64,000 bases of DNA from Mobula hypostoma (GCF_963921235.1 NC_086109.1:12400001-12464000), one strand, 5' to 3'; shown: positions 1-13,941, counted from the first letter of the stretch. Numbers and translations are program-made. The notes: generated by a model not told the origin, from the sequence alone.

Positions 1-621
1 AATTAGCTTGTTTATTTCGGCTTTTTTCTTAAAGATGTGCTGGGTGCGTCCCGGCTACCGCGGTACCCCTGCATGCTTCACGGATCGGTATCGGTTCGCT
101 GCCCGGAGGGTGGGGGCCACTGCACCACCCCAAGCACCGACGACTCAGCCTAACACACCATCATCAGTGTGCTCGCTGTCGTCCCGATTCCTGTAAGTGA
201 TACTACGCTATACATACATTATTTCTACTTTATATAGGCTGCGTATTTTTACGTGTTATTTGGTATGATTTGGTAGCTTCATAGCTTAAAGGTTACTGGA
301 GAGCGCTTGTGCCGTGTTTCTGTGGAGAACGCTTGCGTGAGATTTTCGTTGCGGAGAACGGTGCGGCAATGATTGTGGAAAAGTATTTCTACTTTATATA
401 GGCTGTGTATTCATCATATCATTCCTGCTTTTACTATATGTTACTATTATTTTAGGTTTTATGTGTTATTTGGCATGATTTGGTAGGTTATTTTTGGGTC
501 TGCGAACGCTCACAAATTTTTCCCATATAAATTAATGGTAATTGCTTCTTCGCTTTACGACCTTCTGGCTTACGAACCATTTCATAGGAACTCTCTACCT
601 TTGGATGGCGGGGGAAACCTG
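1..621. mobile_element. Right-hand part of a Tigger/pogo-like DNA transposon remnant
   Basis: Ends in ...gcggggggaaacctg, which resembles a Tigger-type TIR; internal duplicated motif tatttctactttatataggctg. Confidence 0.4.
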
Positions 622-3430
622 TGTATGGTTGCCTCTCTGACTGGAGGCCTGTGACTAGTGGTGTCCTTCAGGGATGGAAGCTGGGTCCTTTGTTGTTTGT
701 CATCTGTATCAATGATCTGGATGATAACATGGTTAACTGGATCAGCAAAATTGTGGACAACACCAAGACTGGCGGTGTAGCGGGTAGTGAGGAAGGCTAT
801 CAGGGCTTGCAGAGGGATTGCATAAGCAGGAAAAATGCGCTGAAAAATGGCAGATGGAATTTAATACAGACAAAGAGGACAAGAAAATTTTTAATTGGGG
901 AAAGGCAAATTATGAGGCTATAAGGCTAGAACTTGCGGGTGTGAATTGGGATGATGTTTTTGCAGGGAAATGTACTATGGACATGTGGTCGATGTTTAGA
1001 GATCTTTTGCGGGATGTAAGGGATAAATTTGTCCCAGTGAGGAAGATAAAGAATGGTAGGGTGAAGGAACCATGGGTGACAAGTGAGGTGGAAAATCTAG
1101 TCAGGAGGAAGAAGGCAGCATACATGAGGTTTAGGAAGCAAGGATCAGATGGGTCTATTGAGCAATATAGGGAAGCAAGAAAGGAGCTTAAGAAGGGGCT
1201 GAGAAGAGCAAGAAGGGGGCAGGAGAAGGCCTTGGCGAGTAGGATAAAGGAAAACCCCAAGGCATTCTTCAATTATGTGAAGAAAAAAAGGATGACAGGA
1301 GTGAAGGTAGGACCGATTAGAGATAAAGGTGGGAAGATGTGTCTGGAGGCTGTGGAAGTGAGCGAGGTCCTCAATGAATACTTCTCTTCGGTATTCACCA
1401 ATGAGAGGGAACTTGATGATGGTGAGGACAATATGAGTGAGGTTGATGTTCTGGAGCATGCTGATATTAAGGGAGAGGAGGTGTTGGAGTTGTTAAAATA
1501 CATTAGGACAGATAAGTCCCCAGGGCCTGACGGAATATTCCGCAGGCTGCTCCACGAGGCGAGAGAAGAGATTGCTGAGCCTCTGGCTAGGATCTTTATG
1601 TCCTCGTTGTCCACGGGAATGGTACCGGAGGATTGGAGGGAGGCAAATGTTGTTCCCTTGTTCAAAAAAGGTAGTAGGGATAGTCCGGGTAATTATAGAC
1701 CAGTGAGCCTTACGTCTGTGGTGGGAAAGCTGTTGGAAAAGATTCTTAGAGATAGGATCTATAGGCATTTAGAGAATCATGATCTGTTCAGGGACAGTCA
1801 ACATGGCTTTGTGAAGGGCAGATCGTGTCTAACAAGCCTGATAGAGTTCTTTGAGGAGGTGACCAGGCATATAGATGAGGATAGTGCAGTGGATGTGATC
1901 TATATGGATTTTAGTAAGGCATTTGACAAGGTTCCACACGGTAGGCTTATTCAGAAAGTTAGAAGGCATGGGATCCAGGGAAGTTTGGCCAGGTGGATTC
2001 AGAATTGGCTTGCCTGCAGAAGGCAGAGGGTGGTGGTGGAGGGAGTACATTCAGATTGGAGGATTGTGACTAGTGGTGTCCCACAAGGATCTGTTCTGGG
2101 ACCTCTACTTTTTGTGATTTTTATTAATGACCTGGATGTGGGGGTAGAAGGGTGGGTTGGCATGTTTGCAGCCGACACAAAGGTTGGTGGTGTTGTAGAT
2201 AGTGTAGAGGATTGTCAAAGATTGCAGAGAGACATTGATAGGATGCAGAAGTGGGCTGAGAAGTGGCAGATGGAGTTCAACCCGTAGAAGTGTGAGGTGG
2301 TACACTTTGGAAGGACAAACTCCAAGGCAGAGTACAAAGTAAATGGCAGGATACTTGGTAGTGTGGAGGAGCAGAGGGATCTTGGGGTACATGTCCACAG
2401 ATCCCTGAAAGTTGCCTCACAGGTGGATAGGGTAGTTAAGAAAGCTTATGGGGTGTTAGCTTTCATAAGTCGAGGGATAGAGTTTAAGAGTCGTGATGTA
2501 ATGATGCAGCTCTATAAAACTCTGGTTAGGCCACACTTGGAGTATTGTATCCAGTTCTGGTCACCTCACTATAGGAAAGATGTGGAAGCATTGGAAAGGG
2601 TACAGAGGAGATTTACCAGGATGCTGCCTGGTTTAGAAAGTACGCATTATAATCAGAGATTAAGGGAGCTAGGGCTTTACTCTTTGGAGAGAAGGAGGAT
2701 GAGAGGAGACATGATAGAGGTGTACAAGATAATAAGAGGAATAGATAGAGTGGATAGCCAACGCCTCTTCCCCAGGGCACCACTGCTCAATACAAGAGGA
2801 CGTGGCTTTAAGGTAAGGGGTGGGAAGTTCAAAGGGGATATTAGAGGAAGGTTTTTTATTCAGAGAGTAGTTGGTGCGTGGAATGCACTGCCTGAGTCAG
2901 TGGTGGAGGCAGATACACTAGTGAAGTTTAAGAGACTACTAGACAGGTATATGGAGGAATCTAAGGTGGGGGCTTATATGGGAGGCAGGGTTTGAGGGTT
3001 GGCACAACATTGTGGGCCAAAGGGCCTGTACTGTGCTGTACTATTCTATGTTCTATATTCTATGTTCTAAGTGCAACGCTTTGCATGTCGGTAGGACCGA
3101 CCAGGGTAGGTTTTACACAGTGAATGGTAGGGCAATGAGAGTATGGTAGAACAAAGGGATCTGGGAATACAGGTACATAATTTGTTGAAAGTTGTGTCAC
3201 AGGTAGATAAGGTTGTAAAGAAAGCTTTTAGCACATTGGCCTTCATAAATCAATGAGTACAGAAGATGTTGAAGTTGAGGCCTAATTTAGAGTATTGTGT
3301 GCAGCTTTGGTCGGCTATCTGCAGGAAAGATGTAAACAAGGTTGCAGAGAAAATTTCCAAGGATGTTGCTGGGTCTGAAGGACCTGTGTTACAGGGAAAG
3401 TCTGAATAGGTTAGCACTGTATTCTTCAGA
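621..3430 (+). mobile_element. Older CR1 LINE RT fragment (621-873 and 3070-3430), split by a younger CR1
   Basis: WRPVTSGVLQG..LGPLLFVI.INDLD; ...tttaatacagacaa resumes as gtgcaacg... after the younger element. Confidence 0.8.
874..3069 (+). mobile_element. Young 5'-truncated CR1 LINE, ORF2 (RT to C-terminus)
   Basis: ORFs 818-2287 and 2297-2995 are in one frame separated by a TAG at 2285-2287; YMDFSKAFDKVPH, GVPQGSVLGP motifs; (TTCTATG)n-like tail. Confidence 0.95.
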
Positions 3431-4621
3431 ACGTAGAAGATTACTAACTTCTGGCACGATGGTGGCGCAGCTGATCGCAGCGGCCTCTATGGGCTCAACA
3501 AAAGGTGCTACTGTTGTACTTAAATGTACATCTAATGATCACAAGATTCTGCTATATGTTAAGAACTCGAAGGCCTGCAGGTCTACAGCATCAGCGAGTT
3601 GCTCACTGGCACAGATAATGAAGGAGCCACGCAAGGTGCTGCTGCCTGAGTCAATGGAGGCTTCCAGTCAAATAGCGAGTAGCCGTCACGGTCACTTTTC
3701 TTGTGAGAGCAAGACCCCTTTGGACATTGTACATTTGCTACGCCATAAGTTCTATTCGCTGACTTATTGGATATGAGCAGCGGCGGATTGGGCGGGGGCA
3801 GTTCTTTGGTCATAACTAGGACTAGGCCTGAAACCGTGGTGTCCCCTGTTTGCAGCCACTGGGAACGAGGGAACAAAGCTGGTGCAATTCGCCGGGGGTG
3901 GTGTGGCACAGTGTCCAGAATGGCTGCCCTCTGCTCTCCCAGGGTTTCGCTCTGCAGAAGACAAGCTCTGGTGCAGCTAACTGCAGATCTTTTAGTGGCA
4001 CTGATTGGGCTTGGGCCTCAAGCTGCATGTCTCTTGATTTTCGGCCATCGGAGTTGAGGCGATCGAGACACTGAGCTTCTGGGGGTGGTGTAGCTCAGTT
4101 GTGGTGATGGAAGATTTAAAATGGACTGAGGGGTCTGGACGATATACATTTATATTTGTCTGGTTGTGTTTTGTATATGCGAGGACTGGGTCTCAAAGCC
4201 ACAGATTCACCTACTGGGAGTTGGGTATCAGGACGAGGACTGGGCCTTAAAGCCACAGTGTCACTAGCGGGTGTTGGGGGCCTGTCAACAGATGATATCA
4301 GTGGGTTGCGGTGTCTGAACTTTTAAAAGACATTTAGATCGGGGCATGAATGTGGAGAAAATCAAAGGATATTGATATTGTGCAGGCAGAAGGGATGTTT
4401 AGTTGGCCATTTGATTACTAATCTAATTGGTTCAGCACAATATCATAGGCTGAAGTACTGTTCTATGTTCTATTTGATCTCCTTACAGTCTTTTTCTGAC
4501 CCACTAGCCATCCAAATGCCCCTGGGGTGAAAATCTTTCCTTCTTCCTGTCAATCACCTAGTCAATTTCACCCCATCTGTTGGTATCGTCACCTCATACC
4601 CTGCATTTGAATCTACATTGT

Positions 4622-5075
4622 CTTCTTTTCTTTATTAATCTTTTTATTGATTTAAAAGGAACATAAATACAAACAAGAGGAGAATTATCTCAAATATATA
4701 TATATCAATAACAATACAAACCGAGATTGAAATAGACATTATCAACATCATACATGTTAAGCTAATATATAGAATATAATAAAAAAAACAGAAATTCTCC
4801 TCTTATCAATTCATAAAGAGGAAAGAAAAACTTTGGATTTTAAATGAAGAAAAAAAAACCCACTACACTATACGAAAAAAACGGGAAAAAAAGGGACTGA
4901 GCAATCCATTCTGAGGATACGACCAAAAAAAAAAGAAAAACTTTCTGATCAAATCAAAAACTTCCAGAGAAAAAAAATTGGAAGTGTAATAAATCAAATT
5001 AAATGAAAATATTGAATAAAAGGTTGCCAGTATATTGTCAATGAGTACTGAACATCATCGAATCTCACAAGCAAT
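4622..5075 (-). mobile_element. L1-type LINE 3' end fragment
   Basis: Minus-strand WQPFIQYF-like ORF2 C-terminus, A/T-rich 3' UTR, AATAAA and A-rich tail. Confidence 0.6.
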
Positions 5076-6099
5076 CATATCCCCCAAATGCTACTATGTT
5101 GATGGCATTCTTTAAGTGGGGCAATGAATGTTCAAGGAAAATATTCATCAAAATCCCTAAATGAGCTCTACAAACATCCCCACCTGGAATTACTCGGTAA
5201 AACAATGAACAAAGACAATAAATGCTGACACTGAGCCTCTGTAGGGAGAACGTCCATAACAAGCTTTTTAAAAAATGAGTAAAAGGAAATAAAAAATACT
5301 GGATGCTGATGAGTAAAACAAATGTTCACAGTTGGAGGAAGAGCCTGAGAAGGAAATGGATTCTGAGTGCAAGATCAGCCCTCAGCCCACACAGAAGTGA
5401 AGAACAGGATATTTCAATATCGGGAACAACTATCAAACGGAGACAACTTATTTTTCATGTATTATTCTCATGCTGCTTTTAGTGAGCAAAAGGCAGCATT
5501 AAAATGATATCTTATGAATGAATTTTACAGTGCAAACTTTTACAAATTAATGCTTATGCATTATCCTCAACACTGCCATGATTATCCTCAATGCTGGTGC
5601 CAGACCAGGACTTGTACACAGCTCTCTACACTCCTCATGCACACCCACAACTCCCCACCCCCTCCCCCGCCAGCCCCGATGCAGAGTTTTCAACTGGAAC
5701 ACCTTTTGCCTCCATAGATACTGCTGGACCCATACAACTCTTCCAGCATTTTGTCTGTGATCCACACCCCAAACTGTTGAACAAATTTATGGAGTATTTT
5801 CTGTCTTTGCATAACTGCACATATTTTACCACCTCTGTTACAGAAACAATGCACTAGATCCAAATTAACACTGATCATTTGAATGAACAAGTAAACGACA
5901 GATGTTGGAAATCTGAGACAAAAACAGAACGTGCTGGGAATACTGCGTATGTCAGGCTGAAACTCTGGGAAGTGAAACAAGGTTAAAGGGTCTTGGGTCT
6001 GAAACATTCACTGTTTCATTTCCACGGGTACAGCCTGACCTGCTGAGTATTTCCTGTATTTACCAGTATCTGTAATGTCTCGTGCCAGCGGTCACTCAC

Positions 6100-6136
6100 C
6101 AGGCAGTGAACAGATGAGAAGAATCAGAATCCACAT
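6100..6136 (-). CDS. Leader exon of CD300/MDIR-like gene X (MWILILLICSLP-G)
   Basis: ATG, 12 hydrophobic codons, phase-1 G|gtgagt donor; 37 nt, same as paralogs at 34317 and 51970. Confidence 0.75.
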
Positions 6137-7009
6137 TGTTCTGTTGACAGTGACGGACTGGGCAGCACTTGTCTGTTGCTCAGCTCTTCGCTCTAAGAAC
6201 TAAGTAACAGACTAAACCAAATGGGACATGGAAGTTGAAAGAGAAAAAGAAATCAGGAAGTTCAGTTGTGAAACCACTGTGAGCCAGACGCTAAAAGTGA
6301 ATGCCTTAGAATCTGAGGCACTCTTGGTTAAACTAAACAGATGAATCAAATCAAATTTTAACTATCTGATTGAAATGGTGAAGTATAGTTACTGTCAGTA
6401 AAACAATCTGACTGAGAAGTTAATGGTGACTGTGTCAAAAATACTGCTATCACTTGAGTTGATTATGATGTTCTCCTTATTCCCTTTATGGAGAAACACC
6501 TTTGCACAACTTTGTTTAACATAGGGAGGCTGATACACAGACAAAGTCTTTGCCAGATTGGTGTCAGGGTCCAGTGTTGTGGAACCTTATCTGCTGCAGC
6601 CTTCCTCCATTGTGAAATATCAGCATCTTCTGCCAGCTCCACTGTTGGCTCTTTGTCTGGAAGGGCCCCTTTGACCATACTGCAATTGGTGACCGACCCG
6701 GAACCAAGCTGATGATAACATTGCTCTCGGGATCTCAGGTAATCACAAGCCACTCAGTTGCAATGAGGTTACTATCCTCAGAGAAGGGTAATGTGTCTGT
6801 TCGGAGGGATTTGCTTCAGTCGGCGATACTCCAGAGAGCTTACCTGTGGCTTGCACAAAAATCAAAACATGTTCTGCCTAGCCAGGCTTTCCTGGGTCTT
6901 CTGATTGGGGCAATAATAGGGAGTAGTGCTTTGGTGTCTCCAAGCTCGTTCACAGGCCAGGGCTCTGTGTAGAACGTAAGTATAGTCCGAAACTTAACTG
7001 GGAATTACA

Positions 7010-8646
7010 GTCACAATTACGACAGAGAAAGTACTGAGGAAGCTGAATAGTCTAAGGGTTGATAAATCTCCTGGACCAGATGGAATGCACCCTCGTGTTC
7101 TGAAGGAAGTAGCTGTCGAGATTGCGGAGGCATTAGCGATGATCTTTCAAAAGTCGATAGATCCTGGCATGGTTCTGGAGGATTGGAAGACTGCAAATGT
7201 CATTCTGCTATTTAAGAAGGGGGCAAGGAAGCAAAAAGGAAATTATAGACCTGTTAGCTTGACATCAGTGATTGGGAAGTTGTTGGAGTCGATTGTCAAG
7301 GATGAGGTTACGGAGTACCTGGAGGCATATGACAAGATAGGCAGAACTCAGCATGGATTCCTTAAAGGAAAATCCTGTCTGCCAAACCTATTGCAATTTT
7401 TGGAGGAAATTACAAGTAGGCTAGACAAGGGAGATGCGTTGGATGTTGTATATTTGGATTTTCAGAAAGCCTTTGACAAGGTGCCACACATGAAGCTGCT
7501 TAACAAGATAAGAGCTCATGGAATTACGGGAAAGATACATACATGGATAGGGCGTTGGCTGATTGGCAGGAAACAGAGAGTGGGAATTAAGGGATCCTAT
7601 TCTGGTTGGCTGCCAGTGGTGTTCCACAGGAGTCCGCGTTGGGGCCGCTTCTTTTTACGTTGTACATCAACGATTTGGATTATGGAATAGATGGCTTTGT
7701 GGCTAAGTTTGCTGATGATACAAAGATAGGTGGAGGAGCCGGTAGTGCTGAGGAAACAGAGAGTCTGCAGAGAGACTTGGATAGATTGGAAGAATGGGCA
7801 AAGAAGTGGCAAATGAAATACAATGTTGGAAAGTGTATAGTTATGCACTTTGGCAGAAGAAATAAATGGGCAGACTATTAATTAAATGGGGAGAGAATTC
7901 AAAGTTCTGAGATGCAACGGGACTTGGGAGTCCTCGTACAGGATACCCTTAAGGTTAACCTCCAGGTTGAGTCGGTGGTGAAGAAGGCGAATGCAATGTT
8001 GGCATTCATTTCTAGAGAAATAGAGTATAGGAGCAGGGATGTGATGTTGAGGCTCTATAAGGCGCTGGTGAGACCTCACTTGGAGTACTGTGGGCAGTTT
8101 TGGGCTCCTTATTTAAGAAAGGATGTGCTGACATTGGAGCAGGTACAGAGAAGATTCACTAGAATGCTTCCGGGAATGAGAGGGTTAACATATGAGGAAC
8201 GTTTGTCCGCTCTTGGACTGTATCCCTTGGAGTTTAGAAGAATGAGGGGAGACCTCATAGAAACATTTCGAATGTTGAAAGGCATGGACAGGGTGGATGT
8301 GGCAAAGTTGTTTCCCATGGTGGGGGAGTCTAGTACAAGAGGGCATGACTTAAGGATTGAAGGGTGCTCATTCAGAACAGAGGTGTGAAGAATTTTTTTT
8401 AGCCAGAGGGTGGTGAATTTATGGAAGTTGTTGCCGCGGGTGGCAGTGGAGGCCAAGTCATTGGGTGTATTTAAGGCAGAGATCGATAGGTATCTGATTA
8501 GCCAGGACAGCAAAGGTTATAGTGAGAAGGTGGGGGAGTGGAACTAAATGGGAGAATGGATCAGCTCATGATAAAATGGCAGAGAAGACTCGATGGGCCG
8601 AATGGCCGACTTCTGCACCTTTGTCTTATGGTCTTATGGTCTTATG
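7010..8646 (+). mobile_element. CR1 LINE ORF2 fragment, frameshifted
   Basis: ORFs 7085-7690, 7606-7881, 7912-8388 carry RT motifs; (TTATGGTC)n tail. Confidence 0.9.
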
Positions 8647-9964
8647 GGAACACGTTCATTTATGGACTGAGTGAGTACAGTTGAGTGGGGGGGAATTGCA
8701 ATCAGTGTTTTTATCCCAACACTGAAGAGCTTCCACAACCTATGGACTCACTTTCAAGGACTCTTCATCTCATGCTCTTGATAATTAATATTTGTTTATT
8801 GTTATTATTTTGTTTTTTTTGTGTTTGCAGAATTTGTTGTCTTTTGCATATTGGTTGGTTGTCTATTTTGAGTGTGTTTTTTCATTGAATCTCTGGTGTT
8901 TATTTGTATTTACTGCGAATCTGTCACAGAAAATTTCTTTAAAGAAGAGGAGATTTTTTTTCAGTTAGTATGTGGGTTGTATTTTTTCAGTGTCACCTCG
9001 TGGGTATGCGGTTTTCCTTAGATTGTTTGCTTTTTATGTCTAATTGTTTGTCTGGACAATCTAGGTTTCTCACTTTGTGTTGCAGGTGTCTCATTTGGGA
9101 TCGTGGGGATTTTTGAGCTGTCTATGTATTTATCACTTTTATTCGATTTGGGATCATTTAATTAGCACGGTATTGTCAATATCTTGCATTGGAGTTGTTG
9201 CCTTTGGGGATTATAGCTTTGTGTGGAAACCTATGTTGTCTGATTGGCACTGAATTCCTACGGGTTCCAGAGTGTATTTTAAGGGTGCATGCCAATACCC
9301 CTTTGCTTGGTCATTGTGGATTCTTGCCTGGTGAAACTCAGACCGAGTTCTTCTCTGTATCAGGTCATTTCAGTTCTTCAAGATTCTCTGTAGTGTGCCT
9401 GAGTTCCTGCTAACGTTTTGCTGGTCCATTTCTGGAATAAGTCTCTTGTTTTGTTTGGATTGTTGAAATCACTGTGATTCCTGCATTTGAATTCGCTAGT
9501 GACCCTTTCAGAATGCCCACAAGAAAGTGAACCTCAGAGCTATATACTGTAACAGAAATGCACTTTGATGCTAAATTTATTTTGAACTTTAAAATCCTTC
9601 CCATTTGAACAAGACATTCCCATGGGAACAAATTCCATCTGAAGTCCAAGGCTCAGAAAGCCCACCAGTGAGGACAAAGCTGGACAATGAGAACAAGCCC
9701 CACTCACGAGGAGAAGCCTCGTCCATGACCTCGGCCCTGCTCATGCCTACAGTTTTCAGCCATCGTAAGTCCCTCTCCTGATCTGTTCCCTGTCCACCGG
9801 CCATCAGAGAGTCAGGTGAGGTACTATGCTGTCTGCCACGGGGATCCCTGCAGCCAACATTGAGCCTACACGTGGCAGAGCCAGCAACAGGAAAGGTCAG
9901 CATCAAGGAATTACTTAATGGGTTTGAAAAGTTTGTGCCCTTCCATCCTAATTGATGTTAACTT

Positions 9965-10140
9965 TACCGTGTAGCGGCTATCATAACACTATTACAGCGC
10001 CAGTGACCCAGGTTCAATTCCCACCACTGTCTGTAAGGAGTTTGTACATTCTCCCCGTGACTGTGTGGGTTTCCTCTGGGTGCTCCAGTTTCCTCCCACA
10101 TTCCAAAGACACACGGGTTAGCAGGTTAAATAGGCAGTGA
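9965..10140 (+). mobile_element. V-SINE (HE1-like)
   Basis: tRNA-like B box ggttcaattcc then the V-domain core ttctccccgtg..gtgggtttcctctgggtgctccagtttcctcccaca. Confidence 0.7.
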
Positions 10141-11751
10141 ATTCTTGTTGGGCGGGATATATCCCTAAATAAAATCAAATCAAAAATAAAAATTGTCCAG
10201 CTGAGAGTGCGCAATGCCTCCTGAGACACTAGATGTTCTGCTAGTGGTTTTGGACACCTCACATTGAAAGGTCCCAATCCAAAACATCAACTTGCTATTT
10301 CTCACTGTAGACACTGTCTGGTCTGCTGAGTTCCTGAAGCAGTTTGTGTGTGGTTCTGGTTGTGGGCAGGGGCCGGGAAAGGAGGAATTTCCCAGAGTGG
10401 GCAGGTCCCTGCAGCAATTGGGACGTCCCACTGGCTGAGCAGATTCAGCAGAGTGGGAAGACTTTGAAGAAATTTACTGAGTGCCTGTGTACAAGAACCA
10501 GCTTTGACAACAATCATGAACTTTACATGAACTCCAACTGTGAGTTCAGGTGTTCGTCCACTGTCAACAAGCCCTGTGCTAACTGCTTCATCTGTGGCTC
10601 TTATTTCCATCTCCTTTGCTTCTGGAAGTAGTTTCATCTGATTCTCAACAGGTCATCTTTTCTGACACAGCCCACAAATCACCAGGATCCCCTCACTTGA
10701 GTATTATCACTCAGTCCTGCTAACATTTTAACACTCTCAACAAATTTCTATCATTTGCTGAAAATTAGATAGATAGATACCTTATTGATTCCAAAGGAAT
10801 CAATCCCAGTGTCACAGTTGCATTACAAGTGCACAGATATAAATATTAAAACAGAAGTAAAATTTAAAAAAAAGTTACCACGAACAGTCTAACAGGAGGG
10901 CTTCATCACTTCCCCAGCTATAGGTTGACTCATTATAGAGCCTAATACCGAGGGTAAGAATGACCTCATATAGTGCACTTTGTGCAGTGCAGTTGTCTTA
11001 GTCTATTACTAAATGTGCTCCTCTGTTCAGCCAGAATGCCATGCAGCATGTACTGTTTTTTGTTTCATGTACTTCACAAACTCAATCATTTGGATGTCTG
11101 ATATCATCAACTGACTCACTGATTTCTAATCTGTCTTCCTTCTGCATAATTCCTCATTTATATTCTAAGGAAACATTTCATTTCAGACAACTATTTAGGC
11201 AATGAAAAGTAAGACCTGGGTGACGGGTGACAGGTCTGCTCTGAACAAAGCTCAGCACTGTGGCGGTCACACTTGGTGACCCTGAGCTCTGCAAGAAATC
11301 GGTTCATGACCTTTATAAAGTAATCGGCAATGCCAAGAGACAAATCCAGTCCATAACTGATTCTCAGACTGGCTGTCAGATGTGGCAGGGTTTAATTGTG
11401 ATAATAGGCTGCAATATGAAGCAGTATGTTTGATCACACCACATTCCTTCCCAATGAACCTTATGCATTCTAAGCATGTTTTCAACAGAAAGAGTGTGGA
11501 ATGTCATCACTTGCCCTGACAGCCTCCAAATGCTCCTGAACCTACAGTCACCATTGCAGACCTCCAGTAAGTCTTGAGACTGAACCCACAGAATGCACCT
11601 GGACCTGCTGGGGGGCCCTGTGGTCAGCATGGAGAGACTGGGCCGAAAGGCCTTTATCCACGCTGTATTACTCTGTAACTCTACGAGATGGTTGTGAGTG
11701 CTGAACTGAGTCACATGGACACTGAACGTATGAGATACAAAAGAACTTTAC

Positions 11752-11819
11752 CCTGCCTCATTGTTTCAAGTGTGGGGAAGATCTGTATAAACAACATTTT
11801 CTTCCAATGTGGTCATTTC
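11752..11819 (-). CDS. Candidate cytoplasmic exon with ITIM (EMTTLEENVVYTDLPHT*)
   Basis: tttatttcag acceptor, VVYTDL fits [ILVS]xYxx[LV], TGA at 11766-11768, GG|gtaaag donor at 11752. Confidence 0.5.
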
Positions 11820-11929
11820 CTGAAATAAAAAAATAAATTTCAAGATCTATTATATGACTGATGAATGTGAAAGGTGAGGGTATGAAAAGTTAAAAACTTT
11901 TATTAGATAATAAACCTGATTAGCCCCAA

Positions 11930-12130
11930 CCCAATCATGGGACAATTTATAGTGACCAATTAACCTCCCCGGTATGTATTTGGACTGTGGGAGGAATCCA
12001 GAGTACCTGGGGAAAACCCACGCATTCCACAGGGAAGATGTACAGACTCCTTACAGAATTGAACACCAAACTCCAAAATGCCCAAACTGTAATTGCTTCA
12101 CTCTAACCTCTACGCCACCATGGTGCCCAT
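11930..12130 (-). mobile_element. V-SINE fragment
   Basis: Reverse-complement of the V-SINE core (gggaggaatccagagtacctggggaaaacccacgca). Confidence 0.6.
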
Positions 12131-12185
12131 CTCAGGATCATCTCAATAAAACAGACCCATGACTTAATCTACAGTAACTTTGACT

Positions 12186-13836
12186 AGATTTAGATTAGAT
12201 TAGATTATGAGGACACTCAGTCCTCATTTATTGTCATTTAGAAATGCATGCATTAAAAAAATGATACTGTCACCTTGGGGGGTGTTGATGGTGGACCCAA
12301 ATGCAAGACACAGACACTGAAGTACAAGGAACAGGACTTGACTAGAGCAGGGAGGTGACAGGATACAGTCAAGGAGCAGGGACAAGAACACAGACTTGGG
12401 CTTGGATCCCGAGCCAGAAACTGGACAAGGACCCAGAATCTGGGTCTTGCCTCCGGCTCGGGCCCCAGAACCAGGCATGGACATGACTGCAGGACTGGAG
12501 GCTGGGGTCTTGAGGCTTGGAGACAGGCTTGGGGTCTTGAGGCTGGAGGCTTGGAGACAGGCTTGGGGTCTTGAGGCTTGGAATGCAGAGGCTGATAACT
12601 CGGAGGCTGGAGCTCAGATACAGACTGGGAACTGTACATCAACATGGAGCCAGGACTTATCCTTCGTAAAGCCAGGACTCATCTTCAACACGACACCAAC
12701 ATGAGATAGGACAGTACATAGACACAGAGCTGGGACTTATACTTAGCCAAGCTGGGGCTCAACTTCATCTCCACACCAAGGTGGGACAGGACCATCCGTC
12801 AGGTAATGGCAGAACGGCCAGACTTACCCAACAGAGGCAAAGACAAGACAAGACAAGACAAGTCCCCCCCGCAGGGCAACAGCAGAACGGCCTGACTTAC
12901 CCCACAGAGGTGAGGACAAGACAGATCCCCCCTCAGGGCAACGGCAGAACGGCCTGACTTACCCCACGGAGGCGAGGACAAGAAGAGACAAACACCGAAG
13001 AACAACAGACAGTTCCATCTCTGCATTGGCGATTGAACTAGATGGAGAGTCAGGTGAGGTATCCAGGCAGACAGTCAGACAAGGGGGGAAAAGACAGGGA
13101 GGGGAACAGGACAGTCTAGCAGGAAATCCCTGGTTTGCAGAGGTATTTATGTCTCAGCCCCAAAACGAGAATCACGTGCCTACAACAGAAACTGGGGAAA
13201 ACTAGAAACCCTGGAATAAGGAACTATGGACCGGACCGTGAACTGGAATACGGACTTCACAGACCGGACCATGACAGATACAACATTCCTCCAGAATGAT
13301 ATCACAAGAAAATAGAGGACAAACCAAGACTAAAACTGACAAAACCACATAATTATAACATATAGTTACAACAGTGCAAAGCAATACCATAATTTGATAA
13401 AGAGCAGACCATGGGCACAGTAAAAAAGAGTTTCAATGTCCCGATAGCCCCATCATCTCACGCAGCAGCACCATTGGAAGCACCCAACTGCAGCAGACTC
13501 TGAGTCCATCCGAAAACTTCGAGTCTCCGACTAGCCCCTCCGACACAGCCTCTCCGAGCACCATCCTCTGCCGAGCATTTCAACCTCGTCCCGGCCGCCG
13601 AGCAACAAGCAAAGCCGAGGACTTGGGGCCTTCTCCTCCGGAGATTCTGGACCACACAGTAGCAGCAGCAGCGAAGCGGGCATTTCAGAAGTTTCACCAG
13701 ATGTTCCTCCGTGCTCTCACGTCCGTCTCCATCAAATCAGAATTGCACACGGCACCCTACTTGACAAATAACAGACATCACCACCGCAGTGGCTGCTGTG
13801 AGCTGCGTCGCGTCGCCATCTTCTCCTCCCACATGT
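12186..13836 (-). mobile_element. Non-autonomous retroelement with (AATCT)n tail, interrupted by a solo LTR
   Basis: Same family as 46155-46780 and 50228-50905; plus-strand start tagattagattatgaggacac, end gccatcttctcctcc. Confidence 0.75.
12268..13276 (-). mobile_element. Solo LTR with 5-bp TSD (GATAC)
   Basis: TGTCA...TGACA termini; gatac at 12263-12267 and 13277-13281; empty site visible in paralog at ~50296; internal tandem repeats. Confidence 0.9.
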
Positions 13837-13941
13837 ATAATGAAAGCAGGGAATTTTCTCCAGTGGTATGCAGTGAGTGGTCGAGAGGTAAAAGATACAC
13901 CTGACCTTTTTTTGAGAATTATATGAAAGTATGATTTTACA

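Noticed and set aside
5065-5262. ORF with SVSIYCLCSLFYRVIPGGDVCR behind a cctacag acceptor, as a possible V exon of gene X
   Set aside because: Only a vague Cys/Tyr spacing match; no F-strand DxGxYxC; the phase expected from the leader hits a stop
9965-10040. tRNA-like B box
   Set aside because: SINE head, not a tRNA gene
10302-10637. Overlapping ORFs on both strands, one Cys-rich
   Set aside because: No recognisable domain and no consistent splice signals
11116-11160. 45-nt segment between ttccttag and gtgagt on the minus strand
   Set aside because: Stops in all three frames; no paralog support
12253-13026. Pro/Gln-rich and repetitive ORFs here and at 43330-44282
   Set aside because: Translations of tandem repeats inside the solo LTRs
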